This document shows, one piece after another, positions 1-9,638 of a DNA stretch of 64,000 nucleotides. Both the position numbers and the translations under genes were made by a program. The stretch comes from Candidatus Poribacteria bacterium (lineage in GTDB: Bacteria; Poribacteria; WGA-4E; PCPOR2b), in assembly GCA_965218095.1 (NCBI GenBank), contig OZ244587.1, positions 4,960,001-5,024,000 of the forward strand, in the 5' to 3' direction. The first letter of the stretch is position 1. Every line of letters starts with the position of its first letter. The notes under the pieces are model-generated. The model was not told the origin of the DNA and did not search any database. It saw only the letters and a list, made by a program, of their open reading frames with translations.

Positions 1-2
1 TG

Positions 3-242
3 CAAGTGGAAACCGGCGAATTACCGCTCTACTATGGAATTGGCGCAAGGGTTAAGTTTGAGGAGAGTAAAGGCAAAGGTGACAATAATCAGGTTGGGGT
101 GCGTGTGCCTGTTGGTATAAACTACATCTTTGCACACCACCACCTGCTAGATGTATTTTTTGAAGTTGTGCCTACGCTTGATTTTGCGCCGAGTACGGCC
201 TTTGATTTAAGCGGCGGGATTGGTATTCGATATTTCTTTTAG
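3..242 (+). CDS. C-terminal part of an outer-membrane beta-barrel protein (DUF3996-like), 5' truncated by window
   Basis: Alternating beta-strand pattern (LYYGIGARV, GVRVPVGINY, DVFFEVVP) ending in the terminal aromatic motif GIRYFF. Confidence 0.6.
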   Translation, partial: QVETGELPLYYGIGARVKFEESKGKGDNNQVGVRVPVGINYIFAHHHLLDVFFEVVPTLDFAPSTAFDLSGGIGIRYFF

Positions 243-557
243 GTGTTTCCAGCATTTAAACTACCCCACTAGCATGACGTTTAGGAGAAAACAAGTCGAT
301 AGGTTATTGTATTGCGTAAAGAGGAATCAATGCGTACAGGGAATCGATACGTAATACGGATTTGGGCTGATCTAAAAATTGGGAAATCCCTGGACCGAAG
401 TGTGAGCCAAGCCAACTTGCGTCCTGGAAATAAACTGAATAATTCCGCCGAAAATGGGAACGAATCATCAAGTGAGTCGTTAATGATGTATAGTGTCAAA
501 ACGTTGACGTTGCACTTCTACGCCTTGTTCCAACAAACGAAAAGGAGAATATTTCAC

Positions 558-2120
558 ATGAAAGCGAAGTTCAGAACCCTCTACAAATTGATGATTGTTC
601 TCATGGTGTGCGGACTCACACTCTTTACCTGCTCAGGCTGTGGCAACGATGAGCTGATGTCGATTGATGAAGCCGATGGTGGCAATAGTCGTAATAGTAG
701 TGGAGCAGAATTCGGTTCATTCCTGAATCCTCCAAACGCCGCAACCTTTGACGATGTATTTTTTAAGAATTACGGTGTGAATCCCTTTATCGATACCGAA
801 GATGACCATTTTTCGACATTTGGGATGGATGTGGATACCGCCTCCTATTCGGTGATGCGGCGATACATCAGGGATGGTCATCTGCCGCCGCCGGATGCGG
901 TGCGAGTAGAGGAATTTGTCAACGCCCTTGATTACAATTATGCCCCCCCGCCGGATGGGGCGTTTGCTGTTCATATCGAGGGGGCGCCGTCAAGATTTGG
1001 TGAGGGCAAACGGCTTCAATTGTTGCGCATCGGCATCAAAGGGCGCGTTGTCTCAGACGAGAATCGGAAGGACGCGATACTCACTTTCGTGATTGACGTA
1101 TCCGGCTCGATGTCGATCGAAAATCGATTGGGGTTGGTAAAACGGGCATTGACGCTGCTCGTCGAACAACTTCGCTCCGGCGATGAGGTCGGCATCGTCG
1201 TTTATGGGTCTCGCGCCCGTGTTGTGCTTCCGCATACAGGGATTGAGGCGCGCGAGGAGATCTTGGCGGCAATCAATTCTCTTGAGCCAGAAGGCTCGAC
1301 GAATGCCGAAGAAGGGCTTCGCGTGGGCTATGACCTTGCTTTGCGAAATGCAAGGCTCGGCAGCATCAATCGCGTGATCCTCTGTTCAGATGGCGTCGCT
1401 AACGTTGGACAGACAGGCGCAGACGACATCCTCAGAGAGATACGCGCCCACGTTGATGAAGGGATTACGTTAACGACTGTCGGTTTCGGCATGGGCAATT
1501 TCAATGATGTCCTCATGGAACAACTCGCCGACGACGGAAATGGCGTCTATGCCTACGTCGATACTCTCAACGAAGCAAAGCGAATCTTCGTAGAAAATCT
1601 GACAGGCACATTGCAAGTTATCGCCAAAGATGCCAAGGTGCAAGTCGATTTCAACCCGCAGGTCGTCAGCCGTTTTCGTCTGCTTGGCTACGAAAACCGT
1701 CGCCTTGCGCACGAAGACTTCCGCGACGACAGCGCCGATGGGGGAGAAATCGGCTCAGGACATAGCGTGACGGCGCTCTACGAAATCAAGCTCCATGAAA
1801 GCGCAACCGGGAAACTCGCGACCATCTTTATACGGTACGAAGACCCCGATAGCCACCGCGTCACGGAAATCAGCGAAGACATCTTCTCGGCGGAGCTTGA
1901 AGGCGCGTTTGAAGATATGTCCCCTGAGTTTCAGTTAGCCGCTACCGTTGCCGAATTCGCTGAAATCCTGCGGGAAAGTTTTTGGGCGCAGGAAGGCAGT
2001 TTGGAAGCGGTCCATCAGGTTATTGAGAGCATTTCACCCCAATTCCGCAATGAGCGGGTCGGCGAGCTCTCGGATCTGGTAAGTCAAGCGGCGCGTTTTA
2101 AGGCACGGAACGGGGAATAG
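558..2120 (+). CDS. YfbK-like von Willebrand factor A domain lipoprotein
   Basis: MIDAS DVSGSM, STFGMDVDTASY, VRVEEFVN, RLLGYENR and GGEIGSGHSVTALYE motifs; AAGGAG RBS before ATG 558; lipoprotein-like signal. Confidence 0.85.
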   Translation: MKAKFRTLYKLMIVLMVCGLTLFTCSGCGNDELMSIDEADGGNSRNSSGAEFGSFLNPPNAATFDDVFFKNYGVNPFIDTEDDHFSTFGMDVDTASYSVMRRYIRDGHLPPPDAVRVEEFVNALDYNYAPPPDGAFAVHIEGAPSRFGEGKRLQLLRIGIKGRVVSDENRKDAILTFVIDVSGSMSIENRLGLVKRALTLLVEQLRSGDEVGIVVYGSRARVVLPHTGIEAREEILAAINSLEPEGSTNAEEGLRVGYDLALRNARLGSINRVILCSDGVANVGQTGADDILREIRAHVDEGITLTTVGFGMGNFNDVLMEQLADDGNGVYAYVDTLNEAKRIFVENLTGTLQVIAKDAKVQVDFNPQVVSRFRLLGYENRRLAHEDFRDDSADGGEIGSGHSVTALYEIKLHESATGKLATIFIRYEDPDSHRVTEISEDIFSAELEGAFEDMSPEFQLAATVAEFAEILRESFWAQEGSLEAVHQVIESISPQFRNERVGELSDLVSQAARFKARNGE

Positions 2121-2123
2121 CCC

Positions 2124-3077
2124 ATGACGCTTGACGATATTCAACAGATTGCTGTCATCGGGGCGGGGCTGATGGGACACGGAATCGCCCAGGAATTTGC
2201 ATTTGCGGGTTATCAAGTCCACCTCCACGATGTGAGCAGCGAGAAGGTCCGGGCAGGAATCGATCGGATTCAGGGCAACCTTCAGATGTTTGTGGAAAAC
2301 GACCTCGCCCAACCAAATCAGATTGATGAAACCCTCAATCGGATTCATGGGTCTGATCAGCTTGAAGTGGTTGGACAAATGGCGGATTTTGTGGTCGAAG
2401 CTGTCATTGAAAATCTGCCGCTCAAGCAGGAAATCTTTCGCCAACTTGATCAGATCTGCTCACCCCACACCATTTTGGCGAGCAATACGACGGCACAGAT
2501 GCCTTCGCAAATCGGCGTCCATGCGCAACGCAAAGACAAAATCCTCAACACACACTACTTCAACCCACCCTATCTCATACCCCTCGTCGAATTGATTCGC
2601 AGCCCGCAGACATCGGACGAAACGCTGCAAGTGGCGTATGACCTGATGGTGAAGATCGGGAAGACGCCGGCGATTATCCAGAAAGAAGTCCCCGGCTTTG
2701 TGGGCCCGCGCTTGCAAGCCGCACTCATCCGTGAAGCGTTCTCAATCGTCGAGCGCGGCATTGCCAGCGCGGAAGATGTTGATCTGGTTGTCCGCAACAG
2801 CTTTGGTCGCCGTCTGAGCGTGGCGGGGCCGTTTCAGGTATTTGAGCTTGCGGGGTGGGACCTTGTCCTCGCGGCGTTTGAAGATCTGTACAAAGACCTC
2901 AACAGTTCGTCGGACATCAATCCGCTCCTCAACGAGTTGGTTGAGACGGACAGGCTCGGCGTCAAATCGGGGGAAGGATTCTACGAATGGACACCGGAGA
3001 AGATTGAGGAGATTCGCGATCGAATGAATCGGGCGTTGATTGGGCGAATGAAGGAAGACATGAAACGTGATAGGTAG
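2124..3077 (+). CDS. 3-hydroxyacyl-CoA dehydrogenase family protein
   Basis: GAGLMGHGIAQ Rossmann motif, VVEAVIENL, ILASNT, HYFNPPYLIPLVE, LGVKSGEGFYEW. Confidence 0.92.
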   Translation: MTLDDIQQIAVIGAGLMGHGIAQEFAFAGYQVHLHDVSSEKVRAGIDRIQGNLQMFVENDLAQPNQIDETLNRIHGSDQLEVVGQMADFVVEAVIENLPLKQEIFRQLDQICSPHTILASNTTAQMPSQIGVHAQRKDKILNTHYFNPPYLIPLVELIRSPQTSDETLQVAYDLMVKIGKTPAIIQKEVPGFVGPRLQAALIREAFSIVERGIASAEDVDLVVRNSFGRRLSVAGPFQVFELAGWDLVLAAFEDLYKDLNSSSDINPLLNELVETDRLGVKSGEGFYEWTPEKIEEIRDRMNRALIGRMKEDMKRDR

Positions 3078-3247
3078 AGCATACTGCCAAGCTTGTCCCA
3101 ATCGATTGAAGTTTGCTTTTGCCAGTAAACCCTCTGCGAAATCCAAAATTTGCAACCCTAACTGTAGTAGGAGTGGAAACCTCCTTGTTCCGATGCCAGT
3201 AGCGCGGCTTTCTTCCCTTGTCTTTCCGTGCAGACGAAAGGAATGCC

Positions 3248-5809
3248 TTACTTGCTGACCAACATTTTCCGCGTCACTATGAAATCACCCGCCGTTAGTG
3301 TGTAAAAATAGACACCACTGGCGATAGGCTCACCCTGTTGGTTCCGGCCGTCCCAATACGCCGCACGGCTTCGGTTCTGATACACACCCGCCGCTTGAAG
3401 CCCCACCGCCAAACGCCGAACCACCTGCCCGTTCATATCATAGAGAGTGAGCGTGACATCGGCTGGCTCTGCCAACTGATACGGTATCCACGTCTCCGGG
3501 TTGAACGGATTCGGGTAGTTGGGCAACAGTGCTGTCTCTGTTGGAATCGCTTCCGTCTCCGTCAGTGCCGCCAAGAGCTGTTCTAGCACCACAATCCCTC
3601 TTGCTATCGTGGCATCTTTAACGTTTCGACTGAGCTCAACGTCGAAGCCCTCAAGCGACCTCGCGTTGGTCAGCCATTGTTGAACGTCTGCCGCCGTGAG
3701 CATCTTAAGCGATTGTGGATGCGCAGAAGGCGCGGCTGCCGTATTCCCAAACGCGCCCGCAACCAACATCAGATCAAAAATACTGACAACCCCATCTCCG
3801 TTGACATCCGCACTGTTTTGTCCTGATTGCCCGAAACACAACGCAACCAATACCAACACCAGATCCTGGATGTTTACAACCCCGTCCCGGTTGACATCCA
3901 TTGCGTTCGTGGCGGGCGTGAGCTCCCACAGGAGAACCGTGCCGTCCTCACTCCCGCTGGCAAGCGTGCCACCATCCGGCGAGAACGCCACGGAACGGAC
4001 CCAACTCCGCCCCTCAAGGGTTGCCTTGAGTTGTGCGGTGGTAGCATCCCACAACCGAATCGTGCGGTCCCAACTCCCACTCGCTAGCGTATTGCCATCC
4101 GGCGAAAATGCCACGGAAGCGACAGGAGCGGTATGCCCCTCAAGGGTTGCCTTGAGTTGTGCGGTGGTAGCATCCCACAACCGAATCGTGCGGTCCGGCC
4201 AACCTCCACCGCTGGCAAGCGTGCCACTATCCGGCGAGAACGCCACGGAGGTGACCTCCGCCGTATGCCCCTCAAGGGTCGTCTTGAGTTGTGCGGTGGT
4301 AGCATCCCATAACCGAATCGTGGCGTCCCAACTCCCACTGGCAAACGTTTTGCCATCCGGTGAGAACGCCACGGAGGTGACCTCCGCCGTATGCCCCTCA
4401 AGGGTTGCCTTGTGTTGGCCGGTGTGCATATCCCACAACCGAATCGTGGTGTCCCAACTCCCACTGGCAAGCGTGTTACCATCCGGCGAAAACGCCACGG
4501 AATAGACATAATAACTGGTATGTCCTGTAAGAGTCGCCATGTGTTCACCGGTGTTGACATCCCACAACCAAATCGTGGCGTCCCGACTCCCACTGGCAAG
4601 CGTGTTGCCATCCGGCGAAAACGCCACGGAATCGACCCAACTCCGCCCCCCAAGGGTCGCTTGGTGCTGTTCAGTGCGAGCATCCCATAACCGAATTGTG
4701 GCGTCCGGCCAACCTCCACCGCTGGCAAGCGTGCCACCATCCGGCGAGAACGCGACCGACCAGACATCAACCGTATGCCCCTCAAGGGTCACCTTGTTTT
4801 GGCCGGTGTGCACATCCCACAATCGAATCGTGTAGTCATTACTCCCACTGGCAAGCGTGTTGCCATCCGGCGAAAACGCCACGGAAACGACAGGAGCCGT
4901 ATGCTCCTCAAGAGCAACCTTTTGTTGTCCGGTGTGCACATCCCACAACCGAATCGTGTAGTCCGGCCAATCTCCACCACTGGCAAGCGTGTTGCCATCC
5001 GGCGAAAACACCACGGAACGGACCCAACCCGTATGCCCCTCAAGGGTCGCCTTTTGTTGTCCGGTGTGCACATCCCACAACCGAATCGTCTTGTCCCGAC
5101 TCCCACTGGCAAGCATGTTGCCATCCGGCGAAAACGCTACAGACAAGACCCAACCCGTATGCCCCTCAAGGGTCGCCTTTTGTTGGCTGGTGCTAACATC
5201 CCACAACCGAATCGTCTTGTCATCACTCCCACTGGCAAGTGTGTTGCCATCCGGCGAAAACGCCACAGAAAAGACCCAACCCGCATGCCCCTCAAGGGTC
5301 GCCTTTTGTTGGCTGGTGCTAACATCCCACAACCGAATCGTCTTGTCCTGACTCCCACTGGCGCCACTGGCAAGCGTGTTGCCATCCGGCGAAAACGCTA
5401 CAGACAAGACCCAACCCGTATGCCCCTCAAGGGTCGCCTTTTGTTGGCTGGTGCTAACATCCCACAACCGAATCGTGGCGTCCCGACTCCCACTGGCAAG
5501 TGTTTTACCATCCGGCGAAAACGCCACGGAACCGAATTGTCGGGATCGCCCGGCCTGAACCGTATGCCCCGTGAGCAAGGCGACTTCGGCGCCAGTCTGC
5601 GCATCATAGAGCCAAATACCGATGCCACTGGCGACCGCGAGCCGAGTGCCATCCGGCGAAAACGCGATATCAAGTATCCGACCTTTACCGAGGCGCGCTT
5701 TGGCGCCTTCGGGCAAACCCCATCGGGTATAGTCTTGGGCAACGCTGTTGTGCAGAAACAGGACAGAAACGAACAAGAGGGTCACGTTGAAAAACAGCGT
5801 CTTTTTCAT
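3248..5809 (-). CDS. Secreted WD40-repeat protein (14 blades) with dockerin-like repeat and T9SS/FlgD-like C-terminal domain
   Basis: Signal peptide; 14 copies of SVAFSPDG-TLASG-D-TIRLWD; DVNRDGVVNIQDLVLV twice; NYPNPFNPETWIPYQL...YWDGRN...SGVYFYTL. Confidence 0.93.
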   Translation of the reverse strand: MKKTLFFNVTLLFVSVLFLHNSVAQDYTRWGLPEGAKARLGKGRILDIAFSPDGTRLAVASGIGIWLYDAQTGAEVALLTGHTVQAGRSRQFGSVAFSPDGKTLASGSRDATIRLWDVSTSQQKATLEGHTGWVLSVAFSPDGNTLASGASGSQDKTIRLWDVSTSQQKATLEGHAGWVFSVAFSPDGNTLASGSDDKTIRLWDVSTSQQKATLEGHTGWVLSVAFSPDGNMLASGSRDKTIRLWDVHTGQQKATLEGHTGWVRSVVFSPDGNTLASGGDWPDYTIRLWDVHTGQQKVALEEHTAPVVSVAFSPDGNTLASGSNDYTIRLWDVHTGQNKVTLEGHTVDVWSVAFSPDGGTLASGGGWPDATIRLWDARTEQHQATLGGRSWVDSVAFSPDGNTLASGSRDATIWLWDVNTGEHMATLTGHTSYYVYSVAFSPDGNTLASGSWDTTIRLWDMHTGQHKATLEGHTAEVTSVAFSPDGKTFASGSWDATIRLWDATTAQLKTTLEGHTAEVTSVAFSPDSGTLASGGGWPDRTIRLWDATTAQLKATLEGHTAPVASVAFSPDGNTLASGSWDRTIRLWDATTAQLKATLEGRSWVRSVAFSPDGGTLASGSEDGTVLLWELTPATNAMDVNRDGVVNIQDLVLVLVALCFGQSGQNSADVNGDGVVSIFDLMLVAGAFGNTAAAPSAHPQSLKMLTAADVQQWLTNARSLEGFDVELSRNVKDATIARGIVVLEQLLAALTETEAIPTETALLPNYPNPFNPETWIPYQLAEPADVTLTLYDMNGQVVRRLAVGLQAAGVYQNRSRAAYWDGRNQQGEPIASGVYFYTLTAGDFIVTRKMLVSK
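3920..5530 (-). repeat. Near-identical ~126-bp WD40-coding tandem repeats
   Basis: Repeated blocks such as CCACTGGCAAGCGTGTTGCCATCCGGCGAAAACGCCACGG and CATCCCACAACCGAATCGT. Confidence 0.9.
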
Positions 5810-5870
5810 CAGATAATTTTCCTTTTTGAACAGGATTAAAGGATTTACAGGATTGTGGAAAGATAAAACC

Positions 5871-6746
5871 TTACGGATAAATCAAATACCCCTTTCGCTC
5901 CGTCCGGACGCGATAGAGACATCCCCCCGCGGTGACATAAAGCGTCTGTAGGTCTGCGTCCCCAAACGTGCAGTTTGTCGGTCGATCTGTCGGAAGCGGA
6001 TGGGTTTCCAGCACACGACCGTTAGGCGCAAAAACATAGATCATCGGGCCCGGCCCGCTCTCCTCCCAACCCGCTGTCGCAACGATATTCCCCTCCGTAT
6101 CCAGACACATGCCATCAATGCCCCGATGTGGAAAGAAGTTGTGCAGCACCTCATGTTCGCCAACCGTCCCATCGTCGTTGACTGGATACCCACGCAATTC
6201 GCGCTTCTTGTCGTCGCCGTCGCCGTATTCGCTCTGGGCAACGTAGAGCCACTTTCCATCCGGAGAGATCAAGAGCCCATTCGGCTTTGTTGTATCATAA
6301 GTGGCGCGGTTGATTTCCCAAGTGCCATCGGGCTGCGGATCCAAGCGAAACACGGATTGGTGCTCAAGTTCCATATCATCGAATTTCTCGCCGTAACGCG
6401 GATCTGTGAACCAGAGCCTTCCTTCGGCATCGAAGGCAAGATCGTTTGGGCTATTGAGGCGTTTCCCTTCAAAACTGTCTGAAAGGACAGTGGTTGTGCC
6501 ATCTGAATTGTAGCGCACCATCCGCCGTCCCCCACCTTCGCAGGCGTATAGTTGTCCTTCCTTATCGAACATCAAACCGTTTGCCTCATTCGTCCCTGTC
6601 CGAAACTCCGTACATTCGCCGCTGCCTGGGTCATAGCGCATGATGTGGCTGTTCGGAATATCGGTAAATAGAACAACTTCTCCATCCCATGCAGGTCCTT
6701 CCGTAAAACTAAATGGTCCTGCAACCAATTCAAAATCCCAACTCAT
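5871..6746 (-). CDS. SMP-30/gluconolactonase family protein
   Basis: FTEGPAWD, RLNSPNDL, KPNGLLISPDG, IDGMCLDTEGN, PTNCTFG; GGAGG RBS. Confidence 0.92.
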   Translation of the reverse strand: MSWDFELVAGPFSFTEGPAWDGEVVLFTDIPNSHIMRYDPGSGECTEFRTGTNEANGLMFDKEGQLYACEGGGRRMVRYNSDGTTTVLSDSFEGKRLNSPNDLAFDAEGRLWFTDPRYGEKFDDMELEHQSVFRLDPQPDGTWEINRATYDTTKPNGLLISPDGKWLYVAQSEYGDGDDKKRELRGYPVNDDGTVGEHEVLHNFFPHRGIDGMCLDTEGNIVATAGWEESGPGPMIYVFAPNGRVLETHPLPTDRPTNCTFGDADLQTLYVTAGGCLYRVRTERKGYLIYP

Positions 6747-6936
6747 GTTCGTCCTCCTCATGATAATTTGTTCCCTTCTCCGGGTATAGCTGATGACTTT
6801 TCATTTCGACAGTTCGGTTATCGCAGCCATAAAATGTAAAGAGAAAATTTCTTACGTTTTACGCATTACGTTTTACGTGTCTCACCCTATTGTGTAGCAC
6901 GAATGTATCACAAAGTCAAGTTGTTTCCTTTTTCAA

Positions 6937-6965
6937 TTGGCAAGTTTAAAAATTTCGGTTATAAT
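6937..6965 (+). promoter_or_regulatory. Putative sigma70 promoter
   Basis: TTGGCA-17-TATAAT upstream of the VOC gene. Confidence 0.55.
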
Positions 6966-7023
6966 ATCGATCAGTTTTACATAACAACTTTCCCTTTACG
7001 GGCAATTAAGGAGAAACATCAAG

Positions 7024-7437
7024 ATGGCATTCTTGAGACATGTTGCATTTCGAGCCAAAGACAAGGAAGAGACACGCCGATTTTATGAGACAATTGGGTT
7101 CAAATTTGTTGGTTATCGTGGTCCAGATAGTACCAGTAGCATCGATCTCACTGATGGGATGCTCAACATGACAATCCTCCAGTATGATGGCGAAGAACGT
7201 CAACCGCTAGAGGAACTGACAGAGTTTATGCACATTGGGGTCATTGTGGAAAATTTGGGGGAAGTCTACAAAAAACTCCTAGACAGCGGCGCGAATCTGT
7301 TGCGTGATGATGTCAAAAAGCGCAATGAGATCGATTGGGAAAAGCCACCGACCCGATCCTTCAAGGTCGCCGATCCGGACGGCAACGTGATCGACATCAC
7401 TTGCGCCAATGATGAATGGCGTGGGGTCACAATCTGA
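7024..7437 (+). CDS. VOC/glyoxalase family protein
   Basis: LRHVAFR, MHIGVIV, FKVADPDGNVIDI; AAGGAG RBS. Confidence 0.88.
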   Translation: MAFLRHVAFRAKDKEETRRFYETIGFKFVGYRGPDSTSSIDLTDGMLNMTILQYDGEERQPLEELTEFMHIGVIVENLGEVYKKLLDSGANLLRDDVKKRNEIDWEKPPTRSFKVADPDGNVIDITCANDEWRGVTI

Positions 7438-7493
7438 TTCAAAGATACAGATTTTTGTTGATAGGGGAACCAAAGGGCGTTATACTACCGTTA

Positions 7494-7545
7494 ACGCAAG
7501 TTGCTAGTTGATAAAGCAAGCGTCTATGATACTAGCAACTCAGGT
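7494..7545 (-). mobile_element. 52-bp MITE-like palindromic element, copy 1, flanked by 8-bp direct repeat TACCGTTA
   Basis: AGTTGCTAGT...ACTAGCAACT inverted arms; TACCGTTA at 7486-7493 and 7546-7553; other copies at 9568, 17797, 17941. Confidence 0.75.
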
Positions 7546-7631
7546 TACCGTTATGCGCTTTGGCATTGATGATAGTCTTGCTGAGAAAACAACCGGTCTG
7601 GAACAAAACTGAGGTTAAGTAGGGTACGTGA

Positions 7632-8447
7632 TTGACCTGGAGGCTTTTAAACACTGGACGGAATAACGCTGCCATCAACATGGCAATCGATGAAGCGATC
7701 CTTGTGGCACAAAAAGCCAGCTTCCAACCAACGTTGCGGTTTTACGACTGGCTACAACCTGCTTTTAGTTTTGGCTACTTTCAGCAGATTATGCACGAGG
7801 TAGATGTAGCTGCGTGCGCGTCTCACGGCATCGAGCTCGTGCGTCGGATGACTGGCGGCGGCACGGTCATACACGGCTGGGACGTGACTTACACTGTCAT
7901 TGCGCCCCACGGTTCTGGCGTTCTACCGAAGGATATCTCAGCGGCATACCACGTTATCAGCGATTGTCTGATCAACGGATTGCAGCGGTTGTCCGTTGAC
8001 GCCGGACGTCAGATTGAAAAGCCGGGGGCGGAGAGTCGGGACAATCCCTCCGGGGTTGCCCTTCCCAATATTTGTCTGACTAACCCTGCCCAGTACGACA
8101 TCATGCTCAACGGGAACAAGATTGCTGGCGTATCCCAGCGCCGTAATCAAATTGGCGCGATGTACCAGGGTTATATCGCGCTTGACATGCCCCCGCCAGA
8201 TGTCTTAGCCCTTGCGTCAAAGCGTTTCAGTCGCGATCAGGTTATGGCAGGAAAATCTACCGCTATCAACTTAGGAAGGTCTACCCCAATTTATCGAAAA
8301 CAGCTTGAGGATGCAGTCGCCGCCGGATTCGAGGAAACGTTCAGCATCCGGTTGGTTAAAGGTGAACGGTTTCCCAAGGAGATAGAAGCCACCAAATCTC
8401 TCGTACAGACAAAGTACGCAACCGCAGAATGGAACTTTCGTCGATAA
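7632..8447 (+). CDS. Lipoate-protein ligase A / LipM-like octanoyltransferase
   Basis: NMAIDEAIL, PTLRFYDW, VRRMTGGGTVIH, KIAGVSQRR. Confidence 0.88.
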   Translation: MTWRLLNTGRNNAAINMAIDEAILVAQKASFQPTLRFYDWLQPAFSFGYFQQIMHEVDVAACASHGIELVRRMTGGGTVIHGWDVTYTVIAPHGSGVLPKDISAAYHVISDCLINGLQRLSVDAGRQIEKPGAESRDNPSGVALPNICLTNPAQYDIMLNGNKIAGVSQRRNQIGAMYQGYIALDMPPPDVLALASKRFSRDQVMAGKSTAINLGRSTPIYRKQLEDAVAAGFEETFSIRLVKGERFPKEIEATKSLVQTKYATAEWNFRR

Positions 8448-9562
8448 ATCAAAATCGCCCACATTCAAACCCTTTGCTGGCTCAGAATGACGTACTTATC
8501 CCACCGAGCGCGTTCATTATGGGCACCGACATCGAACCCTTTTACGGCGGGATTTTAGCGCAATCCAAATATGCGAAACTAGACGAGGCACCAATACATG
8601 TGGTGTTTCTTGAACCGTATCGCATCAATCGATATCCCGTCACAAACGCGGAATATGAAGTCTTTGTACGAGCGACGGGTCACGTACCCCCTCCGCATTG
8701 GAAAAAAGGAAAAGTCTCGCCCAGTGAAGCGAATTTACCCGTTGTACACATCAGTTGGTATGATGCAAGCGCTTATGCACATTGGGCTCAGGGACGGCTG
8801 CCAACTGAAGCAGAGTGGGAAAAGGCGGCAAGAGGCGCTGATGGTCGCATTTACCCTTGGGGAAATAAATTTGATCCGTTACCAGATGAAGCGGGCAAAG
8901 AATGGAAGAATAATCTGGAATCCGAAATCCGAAATCCGCAATCGAACCACGCATCTCGGATGATGGGACAGATTCTCACCCATGAACTGACACCTGTCGG
9001 AAACCGCCCCGCCGCCGCAAGTCCTTACGGCATCCATGAGGTTGCCGGGAATGTATGGGAATGGACAGCTAACTGGTATCAGCCATACGAAGGAAATACA
9101 CATCAAGACAGCGATTACGGAGAAAAGCATAAAGTCCTGCGAGGTAGCTCATGGTTGGAGGTTCGCGACAGGACAGCGGATCGATATTTCCGGTGTGCAA
9201 ATCGTTTGCACGCACCGCCGGACTACATCACGAGCAATATCGGTTTCAGATGTGTCCGGGATGTCACGCCGGAGGAAACACAGGCTTATCCAACGCAAAT
9301 ATCCGCTGAACTGTTGAGGAAGTATGTCAGACAGGAGAGATTGAAGAATTTACATACGATTCTCAAGCGTGCGCGAAAAGGCTGCCTCCAAGATTCCGTC
9401 ATCGCGGCTTTGGCGATTGGCGGGAGTTGCTACGGAATGATGATGCCGAAATTGGTGATAGGCGGATTTACATTGGGAATGATTGGTATCGGTTTTTTAT
9501 TCAGTGCCGGCGTTAATTTCTGGCGACAATGGAAAGCAGGAAGGCGCTTGAGCAGGCGATAA
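8429..9562 (+). CDS. Formylglycine-generating enzyme (SUMF1/FGE-sulfatase) domain protein with C-terminal TM helices
   Basis: PVTNAEY, RLPTEAEWEKAARG, YPWG, AGNVWEW, NIGFRC; hydrophobic tail. Confidence 0.88.
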   Translation: MELSSINQNRPHSNPLLAQNDVLIPPSAFIMGTDIEPFYGGILAQSKYAKLDEAPIHVVFLEPYRINRYPVTNAEYEVFVRATGHVPPPHWKKGKVSPSEANLPVVHISWYDASAYAHWAQGRLPTEAEWEKAARGADGRIYPWGNKFDPLPDEAGKEWKNNLESEIRNPQSNHASRMMGQILTHELTPVGNRPAAASPYGIHEVAGNVWEWTANWYQPYEGNTHQDSDYGEKHKVLRGSSWLEVRDRTADRYFRCANRLHAPPDYITSNIGFRCVRDVTPEETQAYPTQISAELLRKYVRQERLKNLHTILKRARKGCLQDSVIAALAIGGSCYGMMMPKLVIGGFTLGMIGIGFLFSAGVNFWRQWKAGRRLSRR

Positions 9563-9567
9563 ATTTA

Positions 9568-9619
9568 ATCTGAGTTGCTAGTATCATAGACGCTTGCTTT
9601 ATCAACTAGCAACTTGCGT
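9568..9619 (+). repeat. 52-bp MITE-like element, copy 2
   Basis: Nearly identical to the reverse complement of 7494-7545. Confidence 0.8.
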
Positions 9620-9638
9620 GAATTTAATCAATCTAGAC

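Noticed and set aside
312-557. N-terminal extensions in the ORF track (also 13590, 54272, 59547)
   Set aside because: Better RBS/start or signal peptides lie downstream; several extensions run through intergenic repeats
3696-5839. Long + strand ORFs opposite the WD40 gene
   Set aside because: Antisense shadows of the repetitive coding sequence
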